A stretch of 64,000 bases of DNA from Eubacteriales bacterium (GTDB lineage: Bacteria; Bacillota; Clostridia; Oscillospirales; CAG-272), in contig JAZQFQ010000084.1 of the NCBI GenBank assembly GCA_045539595.1, positions 26,316-90,315 on the forward strand, given 5' to 3'. A program made the translations under genes and the position numbers. Shown here one piece after another: positions 16,275 through 25,174 of this stretch (position 1 is the stretch's first letter; each line of letters starts with the position of its first letter). The notes under the pieces are model-generated. The model saw nothing but the letters and a program-made list of their open reading frames with translations, ran no database searches and was not told the origin of the DNA.

Positions 16275-16424
16275 CCGGGCATCGGCACTTGCGCTTTTGG
16301 CGCATTTGTCGTACAATGATGACGCGGGGGATTTTTTGAAAATTCTCCGATTATTGTGAAACGAATCGGGCGATTTTATCCGCTTATAGTATGGGATCCC
16401 ACAATGAATCAAAGGAGGCAGGCT

Positions 16425-16955
16425 ATGACAATAGAAGAACGGTTCCGACAAATCTATGACACTACATACCGTCAAACGGCCGCTCAAATTCTGGCCAAGT
16501 CCCGCCAGAGTGCCGATGCCGCCGATTTGATTCAGGAGGTGTATTTGGAGGTGTATACGATCCTTCAGCGGCGGGGCCAGGGGTATATCCGGAATCCGGT
16601 TGCCCTGGTAGGGAAAATCACCCGGCAGACGTTGGCTCGCTATTACCGCACCATGAGCCGTCGGCAGGAGGTGTATGACGCATCCTCCGAGGAGGAGATC
16701 ACCGCAGAACTGGAGGACATCCATGCCTTGTCCGTGGAGGAGATCGCGGCCGATCGGGAGGTACTTTTGTGGACGGATCGGTATCTGCAAAAGCGGGGCG
16801 AGGAGGTGCGGAAGATCTTTCATCTGTACTACCGCTTCGGTATGACACTTCCGGAGATCGCCCGCCTGCTGGGCAGGACGGAATCCGATGTGAAGAACAA
16901 ACTGTATCGCACATTGAAAGAAATCAGTACCTATTGGAAAGGAGAAGAAACATGA
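16425..16955 (+). CDS. Sigma-70 family (ECF-like) RNA polymerase sigma factor
   Basis: AGGAGG RBS before ATG 16425. ADAADLIQEVYLEVY (region 2) and MTLPEIARLLGRTESDVKNKLYRTLKEI (region 4 HTH). Confidence 0.8.
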   Translation: MTIEERFRQIYDTTYRQTAAQILAKSRQSADAADLIQEVYLEVYTILQRRGQGYIRNPVALVGKITRQTLARYYRTMSRRQEVYDASSEEEITAELEDIHALSVEEIAADREVLLWTDRYLQKRGEEVRKIFHLYYRFGMTLPEIARLLGRTESDVKNKLYRTLKEISTYWKGEET

Positions 16956-18070
16956 AACTGGATGAGTTGATTCTGGAGGCCACCAAGGACGATCTGGTCG
17001 GGACAGATGCGGACAGTATCCTGGCCATGGCACGGCAGAAGAAAAGCACTGCCCATACATTTTCCGGCTGGAAAAAAGCGATTCTGATCGCCGCGGCGGT
17101 ATGCCTTCTGGTGGGAACGGTTTCCGCCACGGCTTTACTCAGTGGCTTTGGAAACACTTTTTCCCGCCCGGTGGACACGGGCAATGTGACCATTCTCTCC
17201 TCTGAATCCACCAACAAAAAGGTCAAGTGGAATCTGACGGAGGTGTGGTACGACGAATTTACTTTGTTTATCGGCGGCACGGTGATTACGCCGGAACCGC
17301 TTTCCCTCAGTGAAGAACATGATGCGACCTGTCAGGTGTGGCTTCCCGGGGAGAATCGGTTTGATTTCATGATTCTGCACGTTTACCCCACCGGGGAGAA
17401 GGAATCCTCCTTTATCATGAAACTACAGAGGGATGAATCGCCCCTCACGGTGAGTGAGACTGCCATTGCATTGAAAATTTCCAATTTCTATGACGGGGCT
17501 TTGATTCCCCGGCGGGAGGATGGCTCTTATAGCATCAGCATTGAAGAATTACAGCAATACCTGAATTACCCCGGCGAGTGGCAATTTGAATTGGCTTTGA
17601 CAAACAGCAACTACAACGCCATCCATGTAGCGGAAAGGTATGAGAGCCGGGTGGAGTATGCTCCCGATACGGTGGTGACATCGGTAACGGTTACTCCTTT
17701 TACCCTGAAAGTGGAGGGGGAGGCGTTGGTGCATCGCTATATCAGCTCTTTCGGCGGCTATGGCGAGAATCCCATGAGCGTTATGCTGAGAATGAAGGAC
17801 GGCACCTATCTGGGCGGCACGAAACGGTATGAATATACAGAGAGCCGTATTTGCTATTCTAAGAATACCCCCGAATGCATTCTTTACCGCTTTGCGGAGC
17901 CGATTGATCCCGCCGAGGTGGACGCTATCATCCTGGAAACCGGCTGGGCATACTTTGCCGAGCGAGATAAAGCGTTCATGGAGGAGAGCGGGTACGTTGT
18001 GATGCCGGATGTTACTTGGGACGGGAAGTGTCTGGGATATCGCTGTGTGTTTGAGATCCCCGCTCCCTGA
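16952..18070 (+). CDS. Single-pass membrane protein, putative cognate anti-sigma factor (372 aa)
   Basis: ATGA start/stop overlap with the sigma gene, with GGAGAAG RBS. Short N-terminal cytoplasmic segment, TM (AILIAAAVCLLVGTVSATALL), then a ~300-aa extracytoplasmic domain. Confidence 0.6.
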   Translation: MKLDELILEATKDDLVGTDADSILAMARQKKSTAHTFSGWKKAILIAAAVCLLVGTVSATALLSGFGNTFSRPVDTGNVTILSSESTNKKVKWNLTEVWYDEFTLFIGGTVITPEPLSLSEEHDATCQVWLPGENRFDFMILHVYPTGEKESSFIMKLQRDESPLTVSETAIALKISNFYDGALIPRREDGSYSISIEELQQYLNYPGEWQFELALTNSNYNAIHVAERYESRVEYAPDTVVTSVTVTPFTLKVEGEALVHRYISSFGGYGENPMSVMLRMKDGTYLGGTKRYEYTESRICYSKNTPECILYRFAEPIDPAEVDAIILETGWAYFAERDKAFMEESGYVVMPDVTWDGKCLGYRCVFEIPAP

Positions 18071-18085
18071 TTTTCCATATAAACA

Positions 18086-18124
18086 AAAAGGGACTGCTGC
18101 ATGAAAATGCGGCAGTCCTTTTAT
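18086..18124. terminator. Bidirectional terminator between convergent genes
   Basis: AAAAA-GGACTGCTGC-ATGAAAAT-GCGGCAGTCC-TTTTA. Confidence 0.75.
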
Positions 18125-18132
18125 GTTATGTT

Positions 18133-19776
18133 TCAGATCCGGACGGTCAATGTAAAGAGGTTCGATCCCGGCGGCAGAATATAGTCAATGCAGAACAGGC
18201 CGTTCTCTTCCGTGACCTTCGCTTCTGTCTCTGTTTCCAGCAATACCCCCCCGGTCACCACGCCCGCCGGTGTGATATCGGCAGGATAGCGGGAGATGAA
18301 TCGCTCTGCAATGGAAAGAGGTTGTCCGTGAAAATCGTACTCGTCCTGCAGCGTGATGGTGTCCTCCGTAAAGGAAAACGAGCGACTCAGACGCTCCAGC
18401 GTCGGAATATCGTAGGCACGGTGGAATTCCAAGGTAAACACACCGTTTTCAAAGGAAGCAGATGCGGCTCGATCGCGGCCCGGTTTCTGATACTGTCCGT
18501 CGATGATGGGAACGCTGTGGCCCCGGGAGCAGGTATGGAAAAACGTATACCGCTGCGGGCTGAAATACTCCCGGCAGTATTTTCCGGAGCCCGGATCGCA
18601 GAGCACCTGCTCACCGTTTCGGCTGATAATAAAGCTGCCGATATCGTTGTGGTTGTGCGGCTCATCGTTGTGACCGCCCTTGGCCGCAAAGCTGTAGCGG
18701 GGCGTTTTTTTGATCAGCCATTGGGACGCGGGCGCGTAGTCTGTACATTCCCGCTTCTCGTCTTCACTTTCCAGCGTTTCGTCAAACCACAAAAAGGCAC
18801 GGAGATGGATACCCCAGCGACCGCAATGATCGCTTGTGTAGGAAAAATCCCTCGGCGGGAGATGGATGTCGGCGGGAAACTTCTTTTTCAGATAGTGCAG
18901 CAGTCCAATGTGCCATTTTCCCATCAGCTGGCCGTCGGAGAAACTGACCACGGTGTCGCCGTCCAGAAACATCCGCTGGGGGTATTTTATGATCTCCCGG
19001 ATTTTTGGATCTGCAAGATAATCTGTCTCGCCGCCGGTAAATTCCCGCATCAAATCGGCGATGCACAGATAGAATCCGAATCCGTAGTGCCAGTAAGCAA
19101 ATCCTTCCTGGCAGATTCCGTCCTCCGGGAATCCGGTGAGAAAAATGCGCAGAGTTTCTTCCATGCGGGGACGGATGTACTCAAACAGATCGGGCCGCTG
19201 ATAGAGGAATGTGATGCCCACACTACCCGCGCACACGGCAGACCAGTTGTAGGGACTCTTCTCCCACCAGTAGCGCCTCTCTCCGGTATAGGCAGCAATG
19301 ATTCGCCGATCGATTTCGGCACGGATGCGGCTGCGGATCAGAGGTGGCAGACGGTCCTGCAGCAGATAATCGATCTCGGAGAGGGCAAAGCCCGTCTCGG
19401 CGGCAAACAGATCGATGAATGCTACAATATTGTCTCGAAAATTGCCTATGTGGGCCGGGACCACCCAACTGTACTCATCCAGTATGGCCCAGATCACGTC
19501 GCACAGTTTGGTGAAATATGCATCGTTGTCGGGATAGATCAGCGAAAGCAGAGCCGCTGTGTTCATGGCCCTGCGCCGCCGGAAGTACTTTGCCTCGTAT
19601 TCCTTGCGGCTTCCTGTTTGGTCGTACAGGATGTATTCGCTGTATTTCAGGGCAGGGAAGTCGTCTGCGCACTCTTTTTCCCAGAGGTCCCGGAGTTCAA
19701 GAACGAGGGGTTCGTACGCGCCTGACGTGCGGACTTTTTCCCAAAAGGCGGGATTTTTTGCTTTGCCGAGAAGCAT
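18133..19776 (-). CDS. Heparinase II/III-like family protein
   Basis: GGAGGAG RBS. 547 aa; GGHNDEPHNHNDIGSFIISRNGEQVLCDPG, as in the heparinase II/III C-terminal domain. Confidence 0.7.
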   Translation of the reverse strand: MLLGKAKNPAFWEKVRTSGAYEPLVLELRDLWEKECADDFPALKYSEYILYDQTGSRKEYEAKYFRRRRAMNTAALLSLIYPDNDAYFTKLCDVIWAILDEYSWVVPAHIGNFRDNIVAFIDLFAAETGFALSEIDYLLQDRLPPLIRSRIRAEIDRRIIAAYTGERRYWWEKSPYNWSAVCAGSVGITFLYQRPDLFEYIRPRMEETLRIFLTGFPEDGICQEGFAYWHYGFGFYLCIADLMREFTGGETDYLADPKIREIIKYPQRMFLDGDTVVSFSDGQLMGKWHIGLLHYLKKKFPADIHLPPRDFSYTSDHCGRWGIHLRAFLWFDETLESEDEKRECTDYAPASQWLIKKTPRYSFAAKGGHNDEPHNHNDIGSFIISRNGEQVLCDPGSGKYCREYFSPQRYTFFHTCSRGHSVPIIDGQYQKPGRDRAASASFENGVFTLEFHRAYDIPTLERLSRSFSFTEDTITLQDEYDFHGQPLSIAERFISRYPADITPAGVVTGGVLLETETEAKVTEENGLFCIDYILPPGSNLFTLTVRI

Positions 19777-19817
19777 AAAAGACTCCTCCTCAAATTAGAA
19801 TAAGGCGGTGGATTTAA

Positions 19818-20693
19818 CTATCGGGTGTGCTCCCGGATGAATTCGATCACGCCCATCCCGCCGGGGATCACCGCATCGGCGGCGGCTTTTACGGCATCGG
19901 CGGCACGTTCTACCGCAAAGGCGTAATCGCTTTCCGCGAACATGGGCAGATCGTTGCTGTTGTCCCCGAAGCAAACGATGGTTTTCGCCCCTGTCATTTC
20001 CCGCAGACGGCGGATCACCGTTCCCTTGGAGGCGGTGGGCGCGAACACTTCCAGATACCACAGCCCGGGACGGTAATGATCGGGATAAAAGGCGCATTTC
20101 GTGGACGACTCCCCGGACGGATCGCGGAGCGCGGCGATGGCGTCGCGGATAGGTGTCAGATGCTCTTCCGTATCCAGATAGCAGAAATAGATGATGCGCT
20201 GTCCCTCATCCAGCAAGGTTTGACAATCGTCCAGCTGACGGAAGGGTTTGGCGTATTTGTCCATCCGCTCCCGGCGAAAATCTTCCATGTGTTCGTTTTC
20301 GAGCCGATGGTAGGCTGTGAACAACTCGCCCTCGGGTGTCAGTGTATACACAAAGGGTTCACCGCCCACGGTGAGAATCTGCGCCGCCGTCTCCGCCGAG
20401 AGCAGATTGTCCGCCACGTACCGCTCCTCGTTCATATCCCGCATCAGCACGCCGTTCATCAGCGCCACCGGAGCGGGGAAGGGCAGGCCTTCCAGAATGA
20501 ATGCCGCCGAGCGGATCGTTCTTGCGGTGGCATAGGTCAGGCGGATTCCGCGGCGATGCAGATCCCATATGGCATCCGCCGCCCCGGCGGGCAGGATGGC
20601 CTCGGGGGTCAAGAGTGTGCCATCCAGATCCGTGACGAACAAAGTGGTTTTCGGATCGAATTTCATGGTGTCGCAAAAAGGAATTTTCGCCAT
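19818..20693 (-). CDS. Cof-type HAD-IIB family hydrolase
   Basis: LFVTDLDGTLL (motif I) and CFGDNSNDLPMF (motif IV); GAGGTG RBS. Confidence 0.85.
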   Translation of the reverse strand: MAKIPFCDTMKFDPKTTLFVTDLDGTLLTPEAILPAGAADAIWDLHRRGIRLTYATARTIRSAAFILEGLPFPAPVALMNGVLMRDMNEERYVADNLLSAETAAQILTVGGEPFVYTLTPEGELFTAYHRLENEHMEDFRRERMDKYAKPFRQLDDCQTLLDEGQRIIYFCYLDTEEHLTPIRDAIAALRDPSGESSTKCAFYPDHYRPGLWYLEVFAPTASKGTVIRRLREMTGAKTIVCFGDNSNDLPMFAESDYAFAVERAADAVKAAADAVIPGGMGVIEFIREHTR

Positions 20694-20882
20694 AGATGCA
20701 CCTCGGTTTCCGTAATATCCTTACAATATATATTGAGTGTAACGCAAATATTCGCGGCTGTCAAGTGCAGGAGGTTGGTTTTCTCACTTTCCATTATGAC
20801 AACCTTGCGGTACAATTTGTCTCTGTGCGTGGAAATAGCCAAAAATGTTTTATGTTAATAGGCGCAACCATTCACAAACCCA

Positions 20883-20911
20883 TTGACAAACCGAAAAAAT
20901 TGATGTATAAA
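20883..20911 (+). promoter_or_regulatory. Candidate promoter for the rnf operon
   Basis: TTGACA (20883-20888), 17-nt spacer, TATAAA (20906-20911), in an AT-rich intergenic region. Confidence 0.4.
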
Positions 20912-21008
20912 TATAGTGGCGAAAAATCGGGCATACTTGTCCGATGTGTCAAATTTGTATATAAAGGCAAGATTTACGAAATCGGTCGTAAAGTCTTATT
21001 TTTGTGCC

Positions 21009-21042
21009 TGTGAACGCTACATCTATGTGAATCCTACATCTG
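21009..21042 (+). repeat. Tandem 17-bp direct repeat in the rnfC leader
   Basis: TGTGAACGCTACATCTA followed by TGTGAATCCTACATCTG (14 of 17 identical); ends just upstream of the rnfC RBS. Confidence 0.7.
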
Positions 21043-21062
21043 AATGAAGGAAGGAACACAAT

Positions 21063-22385
21063 ATGGCTTTTTCTCTTCGCGGGGTCCACGTACCCCATAG
21101 AAAAAATACCCAAGATACGCCCGTTGTCCGTATGGATCCGCCGACCACGGTAACCATTCCCATGTCGATGCATATCGGCGCACCGGCCCGTCCTGTCGTA
21201 CAGGCAGGGGATCTTGTGTGCGTCGGCACCAAGATCGGCGAGGCGGAGGCTCCGGTTTCTTCTCCGATCTATTCCAGCGTATCGGGAAAAGTACTCAAAG
21301 TGCGCGATTTTCTGTTGGCCGGCGGCGGTACAACATCTGCTGTGGTGATCGAATCCGATGGGGAGATGACGCCGGATGCGGCGATCTGTCCTCCCACCGT
21401 GGATTCCCGGGAGAGTTTGATCGCGGCCGTCCGGGCCAGCGGCATCGTGGGATTGGGCGGTGCGGGATTTCCCGCCCATGTCAAACTGAATGTGGATCCA
21501 TCCCGCATTGAGCATCTGATTATCAACGGAGCCGAGTGCGAGCCCTATGTGACCAGCGATACGGTGACTATGACCGATCGCCGGGAGGATATGGCGGTTG
21601 CTTTGGAAGCCCTGAAAACCCATCTGGGCATCAAGAGTATCATCATTGGAATTGAATCCAATAAACCGAAGGCTATCCAGTCCATGAAACAACTCATGAC
21701 TGAGACAGCACAGGGATGCACGGCACAGGTGAAGGTGCTGCCCCCCATGTATCCGCAGGGCGGCGAGAAGGTGCTGATCTACCACACCACGGGCAAGGTG
21801 GTTCCCGCCGGGAAGCTGCCCATCGATGTGGGATGCATTGTGCTCAACTGTACCACCATTGCCGCCATCGGCGCCTATCTGAAAACGGGTATGCCCCTGG
21901 TGGAAAAGTGCGTCACCGTGGACGGCGGCGCTGTAAAGAATCCGCAGAACGTCATTGTGCCCATCGGCACGGCGATTTCGGATGTGTTCACCTTCTGCGG
22001 CGGCCTTACCGAGGATCCGGCCAAGGTGATTTACGGCGGCCCCATGATGGGCATTACGCTGCCTGACATGGACGGCCCCATTCTGAAAAACACCAACGCC
22101 ATCCTGGCATTGACCGTCAAGGAAGCCAAGCTTCCCAAGACCACGGCCTGCATCCGCTGTGGTTCCTGTACCAATACTTGCCCCTTCGGGCTGGCGCCGG
22201 CGGAGATCATGAAAGCCTATGACCGTCGGGATGCGGAGCGGCTTATAGAACTGTCTGTCACCGCCTGCATGGAATGCGGATGCTGCAGCTTCGTCTGCCC
22301 GGCCAACCGACCGCTGGTGCAGACCAATCGTATGGCAAAAATCTTTCTGCGGGAAGAAAAAGCAAAGGAGGACGCAAAGAAATGA
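21063..22385 (+). CDS. rnfC: Rnf electron transport complex subunit C
   Basis: 440 aa; GLGGAGFPAHVKL; two ferredoxin motifs, CIRCGSCTNTCP and CMECGCCSFVCP. Confidence 0.95.
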   Translation: MAFSLRGVHVPHRKNTQDTPVVRMDPPTTVTIPMSMHIGAPARPVVQAGDLVCVGTKIGEAEAPVSSPIYSSVSGKVLKVRDFLLAGGGTTSAVVIESDGEMTPDAAICPPTVDSRESLIAAVRASGIVGLGGAGFPAHVKLNVDPSRIEHLIINGAECEPYVTSDTVTMTDRREDMAVALEALKTHLGIKSIIIGIESNKPKAIQSMKQLMTETAQGCTAQVKVLPPMYPQGGEKVLIYHTTGKVVPAGKLPIDVGCIVLNCTTIAAIGAYLKTGMPLVEKCVTVDGGAVKNPQNVIVPIGTAISDVFTFCGGLTEDPAKVIYGGPMMGITLPDMDGPILKNTNAILALTVKEAKLPKTTACIRCGSCTNTCPFGLAPAEIMKAYDRRDAERLIELSVTACMECGCCSFVCPANRPLVQTNRMAKIFLREEKAKEDAKK

Positions 22386-23311
22386 ATACTACGCTGAAGC
22401 TTGCCGTCTCTCCCCACATCCATAGCGGCCGCTCCACAGCAGGCATTATGCGGGATGTGCTGATTGCTTTGCTCCCTGCCACCGCCGCAGGCACAATCCT
22501 GTTCGGATGGCGCGCGCTGCTGGTGGTTGCGCTCTGCACCGCCTGCTGTGTGGGATTTGAACTGCTCTTCAATCTGATCACTAAACAGGATTTGACCGTG
22601 GGCGACCTCAGCGCCGCCGTCACCGGTGTTTTGCTCGGCTTGAATCTTCCCGCCAATGTGCCCCTGTGGCAGTGCGTGGTGGGATCTCTCTTTGCGATTA
22701 TCATTGTAAAATGCCTGTTCGGCGGTATCGGATGCAACCTGGTCAATCCGGCCATTACGGCGCGGGTGTTCATGCTGGTGGCATTCGGTTCGATGGCCAC
22801 ACAGGCGTTTCCCACGATGGTGGACGCGGTGTCCGGGGCTACCCCGCTCGGCGGATCGGTTACCGATTTTTCGCTGACGGATCTGTTTCTCGGCCTGCGG
22901 GGCGGTGCCATCGGCGAAACCTGCGCACTTGCTCTCCTGATCGGATTTGTGTATCTGCTCGTCCGCCGTGTGATTACCTGGCATGTTCCCGTGACATTTG
23001 TGGGCACGGTGTACATACTCTCCTTCTTCTTCGAAGGCATGGATTTCGGTCATGCCCTGGCTATGATCCTCTCGGGAGGATTGCTCCTCGGCGCCATCTT
23101 CATGGCCACCGATTACGTTACATCCCCCTCGACGGCCGCCGGCAAGATCATTTTTGGCCTGGGCGCGGGGCTTATCACCGTCCTCATCCGTTATTTCGGC
23201 GTGTATCCGGAGGGCGTGTCCTTTGCTATCCTTCTTATGAATATTCTGACCCCCTATATCGATGCATGGACAAAACATAAAGTCTTTGGTGTGGGAGGAA
23301 AGAAAGCATGA
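22382..23311 (+). CDS. rnfD: Rnf complex subunit D
   Basis: ATGA overlap with rnfC. LAVSPHIHSGRST start. Polytopic, with the SGATPLG flavinylation-type motif. Confidence 0.93.
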   Translation: MNTTLKLAVSPHIHSGRSTAGIMRDVLIALLPATAAGTILFGWRALLVVALCTACCVGFELLFNLITKQDLTVGDLSAAVTGVLLGLNLPANVPLWQCVVGSLFAIIIVKCLFGGIGCNLVNPAITARVFMLVAFGSMATQAFPTMVDAVSGATPLGGSVTDFSLTDLFLGLRGGAIGETCALALLIGFVYLLVRRVITWHVPVTFVGTVYILSFFFEGMDFGHALAMILSGGLLLGAIFMATDYVTSPSTAAGKIIFGLGAGLITVLIRYFGVYPEGVSFAILLMNILTPYIDAWTKHKVFGVGGKKA

Positions 23312-24495
23312 AAAACTCTGTAAAAAGTACGCTGGTGCTGGTGTGCATCTGTGCCGTGATGGCTCTGATGCTGGCTGTTACCAACGCCATCACCGCTCCC
23401 ATTATCGAAAAGAATCAAAGTGCCGCTGCCAACGAGGCATTGAAAGTGGTTATGCCGAACGGCCAGGACTTTGAAAAGATAGACATCAGCGGGTATACAC
23501 TGCCTGCCACCGTTACCGAGGCGTATCGGGAGGCCGGCGGCGGATACGTCTTTACTCTGCAGACCACGGGCTACTCCTCCGGATTGGTCATCATGTGCGG
23601 CGTGAATGCCGACGGTACCGTCAGCGGTGCGACTTGCCTGTCTTCCACCGAAACGTTGGGGTATGAGAAAACCTTCGGCGAAAACTTCGTCGGCAAGACG
23701 GGCGACGGCGTGGATGCGGTAGATACCATCTCCGGTGCCACCAAGACCACCGGTGCCTACCGTGCCGCGGTGAAGGATGCGCTGAATGCGGCCATCATTC
23801 TCGGCGGCGGATCGGTGGATCTGCGCACCGAGGAGGAAATCCTTAACGACAATCTTTCCGCCGCACTGCCGGCGGGTGAGGGCAAGTTTACTAAGTTTTT
23901 CATCGTGGAAGTGATCGAAGGAATCGACGCGGTTTACACCGCAGACAACGGTAAGGGAGCGGTCTGCATCGTGGGCGAGCAGTTTATCGCGGTGGATGAA
24001 ACCGGTGCCGTGATCACGGATGCCCCCGCCGATGTCTCGGCGAATGTGGCGGCGCAGATGGCTGTTTTGCATGCTACTACGACCACCGATATCGACTTGA
24101 CTCAGTACGAGGGATTGCCCTCTGCCTGCCTGTCGGCCAAGAAGACCGCCACGGGCAACTATATCCTGGAAATGCGGGGTGCCGGCTACGGCATCAACGG
24201 CGGCGACGATTACCATCCCGCCTCCGGCGAGTATATCTACATCCGCGTGTCCATGACAGCGGACGGAAAAATCATCGACTGTCTGACCACATCCCAGGCG
24301 GAAACCGCCAATATCGGCTCGGTTTGCGCCGAGGAGTCCTTCTACGGACAGTTCGTCGGTAAGACCGAATCGGATTACAACGAAATCGACGCCATCTCCG
24401 GCGCGACTCTGACCACCAACGGCTATAAGAAAGCCATAGAGCGGGCCTTTGCGTCCGTCAAGATTCTGGAAGGAGGTGCCACTCATGAAGAATAA
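23308..24495 (+). CDS. rnfG: Rnf complex subunit G, elongated form with two FMN-binding-type motifs (395 aa)
   Basis: ATGA overlap with rnfD. N-terminal TM. SGATKT at 23731-23748 and SGATLT at 24397-24414. Confidence 0.85.
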   Translation: MKNSVKSTLVLVCICAVMALMLAVTNAITAPIIEKNQSAAANEALKVVMPNGQDFEKIDISGYTLPATVTEAYREAGGGYVFTLQTTGYSSGLVIMCGVNADGTVSGATCLSSTETLGYEKTFGENFVGKTGDGVDAVDTISGATKTTGAYRAAVKDALNAAIILGGGSVDLRTEEEILNDNLSAALPAGEGKFTKFFIVEVIEGIDAVYTADNGKGAVCIVGEQFIAVDETGAVITDAPADVSANVAAQMAVLHATTTTDIDLTQYEGLPSACLSAKKTATGNYILEMRGAGYGINGGDDYHPASGEYIYIRVSMTADGKIIDCLTTSQAETANIGSVCAEESFYGQFVGKTESDYNEIDAISGATLTTNGYKKAIERAFASVKILEGGATHEE

Positions 24496-25174
24496 CGGGA
24501 ATATGACTACCCTGCTGAAGGGAATCCTTATGGAGAATCCTGTCCTGGTTCTCATCCTCGGCACCTGTCCTACCCTCGCCACCACTACCAATGTGGCCGG
24601 GGCCTTCGGCATGGGTATCGCCGCCCTGGTAGTGCTTGTGTGCTCCAATATCCTGATTTCTCTGCTCCGCAAGATCATCCCCGATAATGTGCGCATCCCC
24701 TGCTATATTGTTATCATCGCAGGATTTGTCACCATGGTGCAGATGATCGTGCAGGCGTTTTTTCCCGCACTGTATGAGATGCTGGGTGTGTATCTGGCGC
24801 TCATCACCGTAAACTGCATCATCCTCGGCCGCGCCGAGATGTTTGCCAGCAAGAATTCCGTGGGCAAATCGGCACTCGACGGCATCGGCATGGGTCTGGG
24901 ATTCACCCTCGCCCTCTGCGCCATGGCCGTGATCCGCGAAGTATTCGGAAACGCCAGCTTTGCGGGCATGCCGATTGCCTTCCTTGAGCCCTTTAAGATT
25001 GCTTTCCTGGTGAAAGCGCCCGGCGGCATGCTGGTCTACGGCTTGCTGATTGCGCTGGTGTCCGCCGTTACCCACGGCAAAGCACCTGCCAAAACCGAGT
25101 TTTCCTGTGAGGGATGTCCCTCCGCAGGAAACTGCCACACCGGCCTGTGCCGTGCGAAAGGAGAAAAACTGTAA
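24485..25174 (+). CDS. rnfE: Rnf complex subunit E
   Basis: GGAAGGAGG RBS. ENPVLVLILGTCPTLATT pattern. Ends in a Cys-rich tail, CEGCPSAGNCHTGLC. Confidence 0.9.
   Translation: MKNNGNMTTLLKGILMENPVLVLILGTCPTLATTTNVAGAFGMGIAALVVLVCSNILISLLRKIIPDNVRIPCYIVIIAGFVTMVQMIVQAFFPALYEMLGVYLALITVNCIILGRAEMFASKNSVGKSALDGIGMGLGFTLALCAMAVIREVFGNASFAGMPIAFLEPFKIAFLVKAPGGMLVYGLLIALVSAVTHGKAPAKTEFSCEGCPSAGNCHTGLCRAKGEKL

Noticed and set aside
14026-16305. A 759-aa ORF antisense to feoB, longer than feoB itself. There are many similar long antisense ORFs, including 2023-3750, 6524-8149, 9329-10807, 18322-19725, 25036-26463, 28543-29769, 30427-31944, 43794-45143, 48839-50434, 52712-54007, 60637-61569 and 62780-63757.
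   Set aside because: In every case the opposite strand encodes a protein with clear family motifs. The antisense translations are Arg/Gly/His/Pro-rich and low-complexity, and they lack RBS context. This is the usual shadow-ORF effect in GC-rich coding DNA.
20852-20869. Rex operator (TTGTTAA-N4-TTAACAA type) upstream of rnfC at ATGTTAATAGGCGCAACC
   Set aside because: Only the left half-site matches. The right half matches at most 4 of 7 positions in any register.
20696-21013. A 105-aa ORF in the HAD/rnfC intergenic region
   Set aside because: It lies in AT-rich promoter DNA, has no RBS, and overlaps the predicted rnf promoter and leader. Its composition is atypical for this genome's genes.
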